A DNA stretch of 32,000 bases from Fibrobacter succinogenes subsp. succinogenes S85 (GCF_000146505.1 NC_017448.1:3630001-3662000), one strand, 5' to 3'. Positions 7,277-15,604 are shown, numbered from the stretch's first letter. Notes: generated by a model from the letters alone, not told the origin. Translations and numbers: made by a program.

Positions 7277-9634
7277 ATGAAAACAACCAAAATAACAACC
7301 CTCGTCTTGGGCGTGGCCTCTGCAATGGCTTTTGCTCAGGATGGTTCTGCCTGCATTCCGTTCGTCAATGGCGTCGGTGATTATGATAAGAATTGTTATA
7401 ATTCCGGCCTCCTTGACATGGAAGAAGGCAAGTGCTACACCTTCAATCCGGCTCGCATTGATGCAAATCCTGTTCCGCAGTGGGTCAATAACATGGCCTC
7501 TCAGACCTGGTGGTGGATTGAAACTCCTTGCATCGAAGAAGTTTCTAGCTCCAGTGTTGAACCGGAATCTTCCAGCTCCAGCGAAGAACCGCTCTCCAGC
7601 TCTAGTGAAGAACCGGTTTCTAGCTCCAGCGAAGAACCGGAATCTTCTAGCTCTGAAGATGTCTCCAGCTCTAGCGAAGAACCGGCCTCCAGCTCCAGCG
7701 AAATCATCGTTGCTTCTAAGTGCGAAGAATTCGTTCGCGGCTCCGGCAACTACACGACAGACAAGTGCTACAACGCAGGTCTTGCCGACATGGAAGAAGG
7801 CAAGTGCTACAAGTTGAAGGACGACCGTGCTAATGACGTTAAGGGTCAGCAGTGGATCAACGACCGCGCCAACGATAGTTGGTGGTGGGAAGAAACTTCC
7901 TGCGGTGAAGTTGTTGAATCCAGCTCCAGCGTCGAAGAATCCTCCAGCTCTGTTGAAGAATCTTCTAGCTCTGAAGAAGTTTCCAGCTCTAGCGAAGAAT
8001 CTTCCAGCTCCGAAGAAGTCTCTAGCTCTAGCGAAGAATCTTCCAGCTCTGAAGAATCTAGCTCCAGCGAAGAATCTTCTAGCTCCGAAGAATCCAGTTC
8101 CAGCGAAGAATCTTCTAGCTCTGAAGAATCCAGCTCTAGCGAAGAATCCTCCAGCTCTGAAGAAGTTTCTAGCTCCAGCGTTCAGGTGGAAATCGTTGAA
8201 CTTTGTGTTGCTTATGGCAAGACAAAGTTGTCTGCCAGTGTTGTTGCTAATAACTGCTACAACGCTGACTTGAGAAACATGAAGGAAGAAACTTGCTACG
8301 CCATTAATCCGGAAATCAAGGCTCAATTTGGCTCTTATTCCGGATACACTCGCGATGTTACCGCTTCTAAAACAAGTGGACATGGAAAAAATAAGAAGTC
8401 CATCAACTGGTGGATCGAAACTCCGTGCTACGAAGAAATCATCGTCTCTAGCTCTAGCGTCGAAGAATCTTCTAGCTCTGTTGAAGAATCCTCCAGCTCT
8501 GTTGAAGAATCCAGCTCCAGCGAAGAATCTTCCAGCTCTGAAGAAGTTTCTAGCTCCAGCGAAGAAGAATCCTCCAGCTCTGTTGAAGAATCCAGCTCCA
8601 GCGAAGAATCTTCCAGCTCTGAAGAAGTCTCTAGCTCTAGCGAAGAATCCAGCTCTAGCGAAGTTGTCGTTTCCAAGTGCGAAGAATTCGTTCGCGGCTC
8701 TGGCAACTACACGACTGACAAGTGCTACAACGCAGGTCTTGCCGACATGGAAGAAGGCAAGTGCTACAAGTTGAAGGACGATCGCGCTAATGACGTTAAG
8801 GGTCAGCAGTGGATCAACGACCGCGCCAACGATAGCTGGTGGTGGGAAGAAACGGAATGCGGCGAAGTCGTCGTTTCCAGCTCTAGCGAAGAATCTTCCA
8901 GCTCTGAAGAAGTCTCTAGCTCCAGCGAAGAATCCTCCAGCTCCGAAGAAGTCTCTAGCTCCAGCGAAGAATCCTCTAGCTCCGAAGAAATCTCCAGCTC
9001 TAGCGAAGAATCCTCCAGCTCTTCTGAACCGGAATCCAGCTCTAGCGAAATCGTTGTCGCTAAGTGCGTTGAATTCGTGAACGGCTCTGGTGATTACAAT
9101 GGCAAGTGCTTCAACGCCGGTCTCAATGACATGGAAGAAGGCAAGTGCTATGCTCTGAACCCGGATCGCGGTCAGGTTAATGACATTTGGATCAACAACC
9201 GTGCTGCTGATACCTACTGGTGGTCCGAAGTTGCTTGCGCAGACGAACCGGAAGTTGTTGAAGAACCGGTTGTCGAAGAACCGATTGAAATCGTCTGCAA
9301 GGGTGACGATTGCGCAGACATCAAGCCGATTCTCAAGGCTGCTCCGCTGGCAGAACCGACCCCGGCTCCAGAAAAGTCTTTGGCTATCGCCGAAGCTGTT
9401 GCTTCCAAGGCAAGCATGGCTGTTGCCAACAACATGTTGAGCATCGCAACGACCTCCAACGGCACGAAGTCTGTGAAGGTCTTTAGCGTTCGCGGAGACA
9501 TGCTCCTCTCTGAAACATTCTCCGGTGCTGTAAAGACCGTTGACATGGCTCAGTTTGCTGGCAAGGGCGCTGTGATCGTTCGCCTCGTTGAAGGCCGCAA
9601 GGTCCTCGCTACGAAGCGCATTGCAGTCCGCTAA
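7277..9634 (+). CDS. 785-aa secreted modular protein: five 4-Cys, Trp-rich ~60-75-aa modules (putative binding modules) separated by (S/E)-rich linkers, plus a C-terminal sorting domain
   Basis: RBS aaggtg, signal peptide MKTTKITTLVLGVASAMAFAQ. Repeated module C-x2-F-V-x-G-x-G-x-Y-x(3-4)-C-[YF]-N-A-G-L-x-D-M-E-E-G-K-C-Y...W-I-N-x-R-A-x-D-x-W-W-W-x-E-x-x-C at nt 7352-7531, 7721-7903, 8204-8428, 8678-8860 and 9065-9237. The C-terminal ~70 aa (KSVKVFSVRGDMLLSE...GAVIVRLVEGRKVLATKRIAVR) resemble the GH8 C-terminal domain. Confidence 0.85.
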   Translation: MKTTKITTLVLGVASAMAFAQDGSACIPFVNGVGDYDKNCYNSGLLDMEEGKCYTFNPARIDANPVPQWVNNMASQTWWWIETPCIEEVSSSSVEPESSSSSEEPLSSSSEEPVSSSSEEPESSSSEDVSSSSEEPASSSSEIIVASKCEEFVRGSGNYTTDKCYNAGLADMEEGKCYKLKDDRANDVKGQQWINDRANDSWWWEETSCGEVVESSSSVEESSSSVEESSSSEEVSSSSEESSSSEEVSSSSEESSSSEESSSSEESSSSEESSSSEESSSSEESSSSEESSSSEEVSSSSVQVEIVELCVAYGKTKLSASVVANNCYNADLRNMKEETCYAINPEIKAQFGSYSGYTRDVTASKTSGHGKNKKSINWWIETPCYEEIIVSSSSVEESSSSVEESSSSVEESSSSEESSSSEEVSSSSEEESSSSVEESSSSEESSSSEEVSSSSEESSSSEVVVSKCEEFVRGSGNYTTDKCYNAGLADMEEGKCYKLKDDRANDVKGQQWINDRANDSWWWEETECGEVVVSSSSEESSSSEEVSSSSEESSSSEEVSSSSEESSSSEEISSSSEESSSSSEPESSSSEIVVAKCVEFVNGSGDYNGKCFNAGLNDMEEGKCYALNPDRGQVNDIWINNRAADTYWWSEVACADEPEVVEEPVVEEPIEIVCKGDDCADIKPILKAAPLAEPTPAPEKSLAIAEAVASKASMAVANNMLSIATTSNGTKSVKVFSVRGDMLLSETFSGAVKTVDMAQFAGKGAVIVRLVEGRKVLATKRIAVR
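7532..7720 (+). repeat. Ser/Glu(/Pro) linker 1, degenerate short tandem repeats (SSSSEEPx)n
   Basis: Reiterated agc/tcc/tct-gaa units are visible directly. They are coding and low complexity. Confidence 0.8.
7721..7903 (+). repeat. Module 2, copy A of a 183-bp intragenic direct repeat
   Basis: A hand alignment with 8678-8860 is gapless, with roughly 8-10 mismatches. The encoded peptides are almost identical. Confidence 0.85.
7904..8203 (+). repeat. Ser/Glu linker 2, ~18-bp periodic tandem repeats (SSSEES/SSSEEV)n
   Basis: gaagaatcttccagctct-type units are reiterated more than 12 times. Confidence 0.85.
8429..8677 (+). repeat. Ser/Glu linker 3, tandem repeats
   Basis: Same unit family as linker 2. 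Confidence 0.85.
8678..8860 (+). repeat. Module 4, copy B of the 183-bp intragenic direct repeat
   Basis: See 7721-7903. Confidence 0.85.
8861..9064 (+). repeat. Ser/Glu linker 4, tandem repeats
   Basis: Same unit family as linkers 2 and 3. Confidence 0.85.
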
Positions 9635-9661
9635 TTCGCTAACGATTTAAGTCAAATTGTG

Positions 9662-9694
9662 AAAAAGGGCTTCCTCAAAAGAGGAAGCCTTTTT
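9662..9694. terminator. Bidirectional rho-independent terminator between convergent genes
   Basis: aaaaa-gGGCTTCCTC-aaaa-GAGGAAGCC-ttttt: a perfect 9-bp stem flanked by an A-tract and a T-tract. Confidence 0.8.
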
Positions 9695-9751
9695 GTTATT
9701 AAACCTCAAAGCGAAGCGAGCTCAGAGGGCGATGCCCGAGCCCATACCTCG

Positions 9752-12700
9752 TTACTGCCTAGCAGTAGCGTTCACTTTGTTAGCACGTTCGAGTTCGCGA
9801 GCATTGATGATGAGCATCTGCAAGCGGTTTTCGATGTTGGCAAAGCTGGTATCCGGATCGTAGTCCAAGCTCAGGATTTGCACGTGCGGGCAACGTTCCT
9901 TCACAGCCTTCGTGAGGCCACGACCACTGATGTGGTTCGCGAGGCAGGCGAACGGCTGCACAATGATGAAGCTGTTGATGCCGTGCTTCGAGTTGTAAAG
10001 GATTTCTGCCGGGATGAGCCAGCCTTCACCCGTGTTGTACGTCGGGTCGATAATGCCGTCGATGTAGTTCACGAGCTCAAAGCAGTCGGCGTGGTGTTCG
10101 TAGAGCTTGAACGACTGCATAACCTTATTGGCGGTTGCTGCGGCGTGTTCAAAGAGCTTTGATGTGACGCCACCTTCGAGGCGGTCTGCAATCGGATTGG
10201 CCGAGAATCCGCGCTTGATCTTTTCGGCGCGCACAACTTCGTCGACGCGGAAGAAGTCCATCATGCCCGGAAGGTAAACTTCCATGCCGTTGTCCATGAG
10301 GTAGTCTTCGACATGTCCGTTTGCGCTCGGGTGGTAGTTCATGAGGATTTCGCCGAGCACGGCAACGCGCGGCTTGCGCACGCCCTTCTGGCGGGCTTCC
10401 GTGATTTCGACCTTGTTGAATTCGTCGATGCACTGGCGAAGCATTTCAACGAGGCGCTTGGCTGAGCCGAGTTCCGTTTTCTTGAGGGTGGCTGCGGTCT
10501 TCATCAGTTCCGGCATCCACTTGCTGTAAATCTTCTTGGAATCCCCCTTGTGGATTTCGTAGGGGCGGAGTGCGCGGTATGCCGTTTCGATGGCGTCCAT
10601 GAATGCAAGGCCCCAGAGCGTATGGAGGCGGAAGTCAAGCCCGAGCTGGAATCCCGGATGCATGCCGGTGGTATCGACGCCGGTCGTAATGATGGAAACG
10701 TCCTTGTAGCCCGCTTCGTCAAGAGCCTTACGGCCAAGCACGGAGTACTGCACGGCGCGGCAGTTTTCGCAGTTCTTGGCAAGGCACATCGAAACTTCAG
10801 TTTGAGGAACGTTCGGGTGTTCTTCGAGCCACTTGAGGCATTCGCCAATGTTGATCTGGCAGGGGAAGCAAATGTCGTTATGCACGTACTTCTTGCCGAG
10901 TTCAATAGCGCGCTTGTCTGCAACCGGGAGGTAATCCGAGAGGTAACCCTTGCCCTGGATGTAGGAACTTGCGAGGATTGCAAATGCAGGGGAGAGGTTC
11001 GGCGTCAAGATGATACGCTTGTTCTTGTCGCTCGCGACGAACGGCGTGTGGAACTGCGGTTCGTTGGAAATCGGCTTTTCCGGGAGGTTAGCCGCGCGGC
11101 GGGCCTTCACGGTTTCGATAAAGCTCTTGATGCGGATGCCGACCGGGCCGCGTGCGTCACCTTCGTCGAGCTTGAGCATGAGCATTTCCTTGTTGGAATC
11201 GCGGTGCATCATGCGCATCATTTCGTCGGTCAAGACGGAGTCATGTCCGCAACCGAAGCTCACGATCTGGGCAAGTTCAACATGCGGGTCTCTTGATGCA
11301 ATCATCGTTGCACCGAGCATGCGCAAGTGGAACGTGTTCTTGATTTCCACGCGGGTGTGGTTCGGCACATCCTGGTCGTAAACGCCCGGGAGCGATTCGG
11401 TGGTGAGCACCGGAATGCCCATGGCAGTAAAGTGGCTTGCAATGTTGTGGTTGATGAGCAAGTCGGCATGATAGGGGCGGCCTGCAATGACCACGGCAAA
11501 ACTGTTGTTCGCCTTCACGTCGTCGAGAATCTTCTGGCCTTCTTCGAGGAGCGTGGTGCGGTAATTATTAAGAGCCTTTTCGCCTTCGGTCACCGCCTTG
11601 TCCAAAGTCTTGCGGTCTATGTTCCAGTTGTCGTGGAACCAGTCGATGGTCTGGCTTCTGCGGAGCTTGGTGTTTGCCCAGTGGAAAATCGGCTGGTCCA
11701 TCGGGATGCCGTAATTCTTTTCGGGTTCGTCCGTGTTCTGGCAGATGTTCGGGTAGCCTTGCACGACCGGGCAGACCGTCGTGGCGTTAAACTTGGTGTG
11801 GTCGCTCGGGAGCGAAATCATCATCGGGAAGAAGATGCGATCGACCTTCTTTTCGATGAGGCTGAGCACATGGCCGTGGACGAGCTTGGCCGGGAAGCAG
11901 ACGGTATCCGAAGGCACACTGTGGAGACCTGCTTCGAACATCTTGTAGTCGCTCTGGCGGCTCACGACAACGGTATAACCGAGGGCCGTGAAGAAAGCTT
12001 TCCAGTAGGGGAGGCTGTTCCAGAATTCGAGCACGCGCGGGATACCGATGGTCTTTCCGTTCTGCGGCAGGAGAATCTGCGGAGCGTAGTCCTTGACCAG
12101 GAGCTGGTTCGTGCGCTTGATCATGTCCGGCACGGCCTGCATCTTTTTGTTGATTTCGGCGATGAGCTTCTTTGTTGCCGGATCGTTCGGGTCGGCGGTG
12201 ACTTCGCCGCGTTCGCAGCGGTTGCCCGTCACAAAGCTCTGACCGTCACTGAACGTGACGATAGTGCGGGAGCAGTGGTTGGTGCAGTACTGGCAGAGCT
12301 GACCTGGCTGGTTGTGCCAGCTAAAGGTGCGCATGGCTTCAAGCCCGATAAACTTACTTTGCACGTTCGGGTCGGCGGCACGCTTTTCTTCCATGAACTT
12401 CTTCGTGAGGAGAGCGATACCGATAGCGCCCATTTCGCCCGGACGTTCCGGACGGATGGCCTTGAGGCCCGTGTACTGTTCGAAGGCACGGAGAACGGCG
12501 TTGTTCTTGAATGTACCGCCCTGTACCACAACCTTCTTGCCGAGGGTGTTCAGGTTGCGGATACGGATGACCTTCGTGAAAACGTTGTTGATGATGGAGC
12601 GGCAGATGCCCGCGATGATGTCTTCGGGCTGCTTGCCGTCGCGCTGTTCCGTGATGATGGAACTGTTCATGAACACTGTGCAGCGGCTGCCGAGCTGAGA

Positions 12701-14203
12701 CGGGCTCTTGGAGTTGAATGCGAGTTCCGCAATCTTTTCCATCGGGATGCCGAGGCTGCGGGCGTACGTTTCGATGAATGAACCGCAACCCGAGGAGCAG
12801 GCTTCGTTGAGGATGATGCCCGTGACGACACCGTCTTGCACGGAGATGGCCTTCATGTCCTGACCACCGATATCCAAGATGAACGAGACGTCGGGGCAGA
12901 GGCGCTGGGCGGCATTTGCGTGGGCGACGGTTTCCACCGTGTGGTAGTCCGCGTGGACGGCCTTTGCAAAGAGCTGTTCGCCGTAGCCGGTTGTACCCAC
13001 GCCCAAGATGTTGAGCTTCACGCCGTATTCTTCGTAGCGGTCGGCGAGGTCCACCATGGCACGCTTCAAGACGGCGAGCGGTTCACCATCGTTACTGGCG
13101 TAGAAGCCGTCGATGACCTTTTCGTTCTCGTCGATGAGCACGAACTTCGTGGTGGTAGAACCTGCGTCAATGCCCAAGTAGACGTTGATGGTTGTGCCGG
13201 AAGGCGGCTGCGGGTAATGGTTGTCCGCCATTTTGTGCTCTTCGAGGAACAGCTTGTATTCCGCTTCGCTCTGGAAGAAGAGGTCGGAGGCTGCCTTGGC
13301 CTTGTTCTCGGCCTGGCGGATTTCGTTAAAGTGAACGAGCGCGTCGAGAGAACCCTCTTCGCGGTACATGCATTCCTGGTTTGCGAACATGGAGCCGTTA
13401 GCGAGAGCGGCGCCCATGGCAACGAGCACTTCGGAATGTTCCGGAACAATCGCCTGTTCGTCGGAGATGCCCAAGCGTTCCTTGAAAGCCTTCACGAGAG
13501 TCGGGTTAAATGTGAGCGGGCCACCTTCAAAAATGACCGGCGGCTTGATTTCCATACCTTGGGCGAGGCCACCGATGGTCTGCTTCGCGATAGCGTGGAA
13601 ACTTGAAAGGGCGATGTCTTCCTTCGCGATGCCGTTGTTGAGCATCGGCTGGATGTCCGTCTTGGCGAACACGCCGCAACGGCCCGAGATTTCATAGACT
13701 TTTTGGCCACGCTTGGCGTAGCTTTCGAATACTTCTGTCTTGATGCGGAGGAGCTCCGCGACCTGGTCGATAAATGCACCCGTACCGCCTGCGCACACGC
13801 CGTTCATGCGCATGTCGGAGGCGATGAGCTTACCGGTGGTCTTGTCCTTTTCGAAGAACACAACCTTGGCATCCTGACCGCCGAGTTCGATGGCGACCCT
13901 GGAATCGGGGTAGGTGGCACGCACGGCAAGTGCGTTTGCGACTACTTCTTGCACAAAGAAGGCGTGAGTGGCCTCGGCGAACGGCTGACCGCCGCTACCG
14001 CAGAACGTGACCCTGAAGTTCTTGCCCGGGAAAAGGGCATGGGCTTCGCGTAGGACCTCGTAGACCTTTTTCGCCTGCATGGCGTTATGACGCTGATATG
14101 TATAGTGTAAAAGCTTAGATGTCTCGGGATCGACTACAGCAATTTTCACAGTGGTGGAGCCTACGTCGACACCCACCCATAAATCGTTCATAGAAGTATT
14201 CAT
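9752..14203 (-). CDS. 1483-aa fusion protein: two BadF/BadG/BcrA/BcrD-type ATPase (2-hydroxyacyl-CoA dehydratase activase-like) domains plus a large C-terminal DUF2229/dehydratase-subunit-like region
   Basis: Two actin-fold ATPase starts (VGVDVGSTTVKIAV and LGIDAGSTTTKFVL), each followed by GGQD and CAGGTGAF / CSSGCGSF-type motifs. Cys-rich CQYCTNHCS. The architecture matches the widespread ~1400-aa 'CoA-substrate-specific enzyme activase' fusions. The antisense ORFs in this GC-rich gene are spurious. Confidence 0.9.
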   Translation of the reverse strand: MNTSMNDLWVGVDVGSTTVKIAVVDPETSKLLHYTYQRHNAMQAKKVYEVLREAHALFPGKNFRVTFCGSGGQPFAEATHAFFVQEVVANALAVRATYPDSRVAIELGGQDAKVVFFEKDKTTGKLIASDMRMNGVCAGGTGAFIDQVAELLRIKTEVFESYAKRGQKVYEISGRCGVFAKTDIQPMLNNGIAKEDIALSSFHAIAKQTIGGLAQGMEIKPPVIFEGGPLTFNPTLVKAFKERLGISDEQAIVPEHSEVLVAMGAALANGSMFANQECMYREEGSLDALVHFNEIRQAENKAKAASDLFFQSEAEYKLFLEEHKMADNHYPQPPSGTTINVYLGIDAGSTTTKFVLIDENEKVIDGFYASNDGEPLAVLKRAMVDLADRYEEYGVKLNILGVGTTGYGEQLFAKAVHADYHTVETVAHANAAQRLCPDVSFILDIGGQDMKAISVQDGVVTGIILNEACSSGCGSFIETYARSLGIPMEKIAELAFNSKSPSQLGSRCTVFMNSSIITEQRDGKQPEDIIAGICRSIINNVFTKVIRIRNLNTLGKKVVVQGGTFKNNAVLRAFEQYTGLKAIRPERPGEMGAIGIALLTKKFMEEKRAADPNVQSKFIGLEAMRTFSWHNQPGQLCQYCTNHCSRTIVTFSDGQSFVTGNRCERGEVTADPNDPATKKLIAEINKKMQAVPDMIKRTNQLLVKDYAPQILLPQNGKTIGIPRVLEFWNSLPYWKAFFTALGYTVVVSRQSDYKMFEAGLHSVPSDTVCFPAKLVHGHVLSLIEKKVDRIFFPMMISLPSDHTKFNATTVCPVVQGYPNICQNTDEPEKNYGIPMDQPIFHWANTKLRRSQTIDWFHDNWNIDRKTLDKAVTEGEKALNNYRTTLLEEGQKILDDVKANNSFAVVIAGRPYHADLLINHNIASHFTAMGIPVLTTESLPGVYDQDVPNHTRVEIKNTFHLRMLGATMIASRDPHVELAQIVSFGCGHDSVLTDEMMRMMHRDSNKEMLMLKLDEGDARGPVGIRIKSFIETVKARRAANLPEKPISNEPQFHTPFVASDKNKRIILTPNLSPAFAILASSYIQGKGYLSDYLPVADKRAIELGKKYVHNDICFPCQINIGECLKWLEEHPNVPQTEVSMCLAKNCENCRAVQYSVLGRKALDEAGYKDVSIITTGVDTTGMHPGFQLGLDFRLHTLWGLAFMDAIETAYRALRPYEIHKGDSKKIYSKWMPELMKTAATLKKTELGSAKRLVEMLRQCIDEFNKVEITEARQKGVRKPRVAVLGEILMNYHPSANGHVEDYLMDNGMEVYLPGMMDFFRVDEVVRAEKIKRGFSANPIADRLEGGVTSKLFEHAAATANKVMQSFKLYEHHADCFELVNYIDGIIDPTYNTGEGWLIPAEILYNSKHGINSFIIVQPFACLANHISGRGLTKAVKERCPHVQILSLDYDPDTSFANIENRLQMLIINARELERANKVNATARQ

Positions 14204-14335
14204 AGTGAAGCCAAATTTAGTTTTTTTTCATTATTTGAAAATGTTTTTTGGCGTTTATGGCGATAAAACGTGCAATTTGGCGGATTTTGGGTAATTGTTC
14301 ATATGTGCAGATTGTTGTAAGGGACCGCGCAAAAC

Positions 14336-14361
14336 AAAAAGAGGCCTGCAGACCTCTTTTT
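14336..14361 (-). terminator. Possible terminator downstream of the first Rpn-like gene
   Basis: aaaaAGAGGcctgcagaCCTCTtttt: a short stem flanked by A and T runs, 29 nt beyond the stop of the minus-strand gene. Confidence 0.4.
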
Positions 14362-14389
14362 ATATGCACTTCAGGGGTGGATTGAGCTG

Positions 14390-15424
14390 TTATTTGATTG
14401 CATCTCCCATCAATGAAGCCTTCAGCTCAAGAATCTTGCTTTCAGGCAAATGCGAATACTTGACGATTTTCCCGATAGGTTCGTTATCGGCAAGCATGGC
14501 GAGAGCCATTTCGACACGCCCTTGTTCGAGACCTTGTTCAAGTCCCTGTTTAAGCCCCTGTTTAAGTCCTTTCTTTTCGGCACGGACTTCCAGCAAAGCC
14601 AAGTGATCCAATTCCTCTTCTGTCCATACCATATCGTTAGCCTGTTCCCTGATGAGTTTTTCTGACGCTCTGTTCACCAAAATTCTGTTGATTGCCTTCG
14701 CAATGATGCTATTGTTGAAATCCGGAAGATTTTCGGCCTTCCCGGCATATTTTAGCAGATAAAGCCAACGATCTTCGGTTGTCGTGATTTTTTTGTAAGG
14801 TTTGTTGAACTTAGTCAGATCATATAGAATATACATCATCTTGTCGGTTAGTGTCAAGCCTTTCTTATTGCGAACAGCCCAATCTCCACGAAACGACTTC
14901 TGTTTGCCTATGGAAAAATCGCAAATCCAGATGGCGTAAGTCGGAGGAACTTCGTACCGGTGGATTTCGCGCTCGGCACGTTCCTCTTTAGTTAGACAGG
15001 ATGGAAGGTCTCCGAAATTCAGCTTGTCCCATTCGTATTTGCTCTGGAGCATGAATGCAGATTGCTGTAAAAGAACTCGGTCGACAAAGTAGTCGGGCCT
15101 TGCCTTTTGCATCTCTATGTTTATGCAAATTCCTTTCGAAGTTTTGGCACGAATGTCGAGCCTGAATTGCTTTGCCGATGGAAAAATGATGTTGATTTCG
15201 GAATTCTTGATGACAACGGATTCAATTTTGTTGTCTTCATTCAGATGAAATACCCCATTCAGAAAATTGACCAAAGCTTCTTCATCACTCAGAAAAGCCT
15301 TGAATGCCGCATCAAAGAGCGGATCGAGATAGGTGTGTTTCTTGATTTCTTCAATTGTTTTCTCGACCAGTTGATCGCGAGATGAGGGAATGGAAAATTC
15401 GAGCGTATTTTGAGTTTCTGACAT
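14390..15424 (-). CDS. Rpn/YhgA-like PD-(D/E)XK 'recombination-promoting nuclease / putative transposase' family protein (TIGR01784-like), copy 1
   Basis: N-terminal YLDPLFDAAFKAFL..., nuclease core ...RLDIRAKTSKGICINIEMQKARPDYFVDRVLLQQS (D...E-x-Q-K). Typical family C-terminus: (GLxQ)n followed by VEMALAMLADNEPIGKIVKYSHLPESKILELK. Confidence 0.8.
   Translation of the reverse strand: MSETQNTLEFSIPSSRDQLVEKTIEEIKKHTYLDPLFDAAFKAFLSDEEALVNFLNGVFHLNEDNKIESVVIKNSEINIIFPSAKQFRLDIRAKTSKGICINIEMQKARPDYFVDRVLLQQSAFMLQSKYEWDKLNFGDLPSCLTKEERAEREIHRYEVPPTYAIWICDFSIGKQKSFRGDWAVRNKKGLTLTDKMMYILYDLTKFNKPYKKITTTEDRWLYLLKYAGKAENLPDFNNSIIAKAINRILVNRASEKLIREQANDMVWTEEELDHLALLEVRAEKKGLKQGLKQGLEQGLEQGRVEMALAMLADNEPIGKIVKYSHLPESKILELKASLMGDAIK
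14520..14567 (-). repeat. 12-bp in-frame tandem repeat x4 encoding (GLKQ/GLEQ)4 in Rpn copy 1
   Basis: ccttgttcgaga / ccttgttcaagt / ccctgtttaagc / ccctgtttaagt on the plus strand. Rpn copy 2 has only about one and a half units at the equivalent site. Confidence 0.8.
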
Positions 15425-15488
15425 AAAATTCCTTGCCTTGCGGCGGTTAAAATCGAGAAGGCTAGTTTGCTGAGTTCGCCCTCCTCTA

Positions 15489-15604
15489 TATTAACACGCT
15501 TGAGCAAGCCATTTGTCCCAAGAAATCTTTGTAAAATATTTTTAGGCAGGAGCGGGGCATGCGTGGATGATTGCAAACGACGTTACTTTTGTATATTGCG
15601 TTGT
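15489..15604. promoter_or_regulatory. Divergent intergenic control region Rpn1 <-> paralog P1; copy A of a duplicated 116-bp block
   Basis: A gapless hand alignment with 20923-21038 gives 11 mismatches in 116. There is a 51-nt perfectly identical core (15547-15597 = 20981-21031: caggagcggggcatgcgtggatgattgcaaacgacgttacttttgtatatt). Confidence 0.7.

Noticed and set aside
7250-8383. 377-aa minus-strand ORF and several 86-161-aa plus-strand ORFs (7332, 7827, 8328, 8790, 9180) overlapping the Ser/Glu-rich gene
   Set aside because: These are alternative-frame readings of the low-complexity repeat DNA (FFRARRFFAG..., KNLPALKK...). They have no start context, and the 785-aa frame has a signal peptide, structured Cys modules and a C-terminal sorting domain.
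7532-9064. CRISPR-like regular repeats
   Set aside because: The periodic repeats are in-frame coding Ser/Glu linkers with 18-bp periodicity and no unique spacers. There are no cas genes, and no CRISPR array is present anywhere in the window.
9659-13606. Plus-strand ORFs of 123-484 aa (for example 11327-12781, 12836-13606, 10550-11296) and nested minus-strand ORFs inside the activase gene
   Set aside because: They are antisense or out-of-frame open frames typical of GC-richer coding DNA. Their products are Arg/Val/His-rich nonsense, whereas the 1483-aa minus-strand frame has clear ATPase motifs throughout.
14390-15424. Calling the Rpn/TIGR01784 genes IS elements or transposons
   Set aside because: I found no terminal inverted repeats or target-site duplications bounding either copy. 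Sequence similarity between the two loci extends into the neighbouring promoter block rather than ending at element termini. They are therefore annotated as CDS, not as mobile_element.
15467-15604. N-terminal extensions of P1 (15467), P3 (18305) and P4 (20997), and of GH8 (5366), given in the ORF track
   Set aside because: The extensions start at non-ATG codons or run through the conserved non-coding promoter block or the preceding gene's 3' end. Internal ATGs (15605, 18398, 21039, 5429) sit at the conserved start motif and give canonical signal or lipoprotein peptides.
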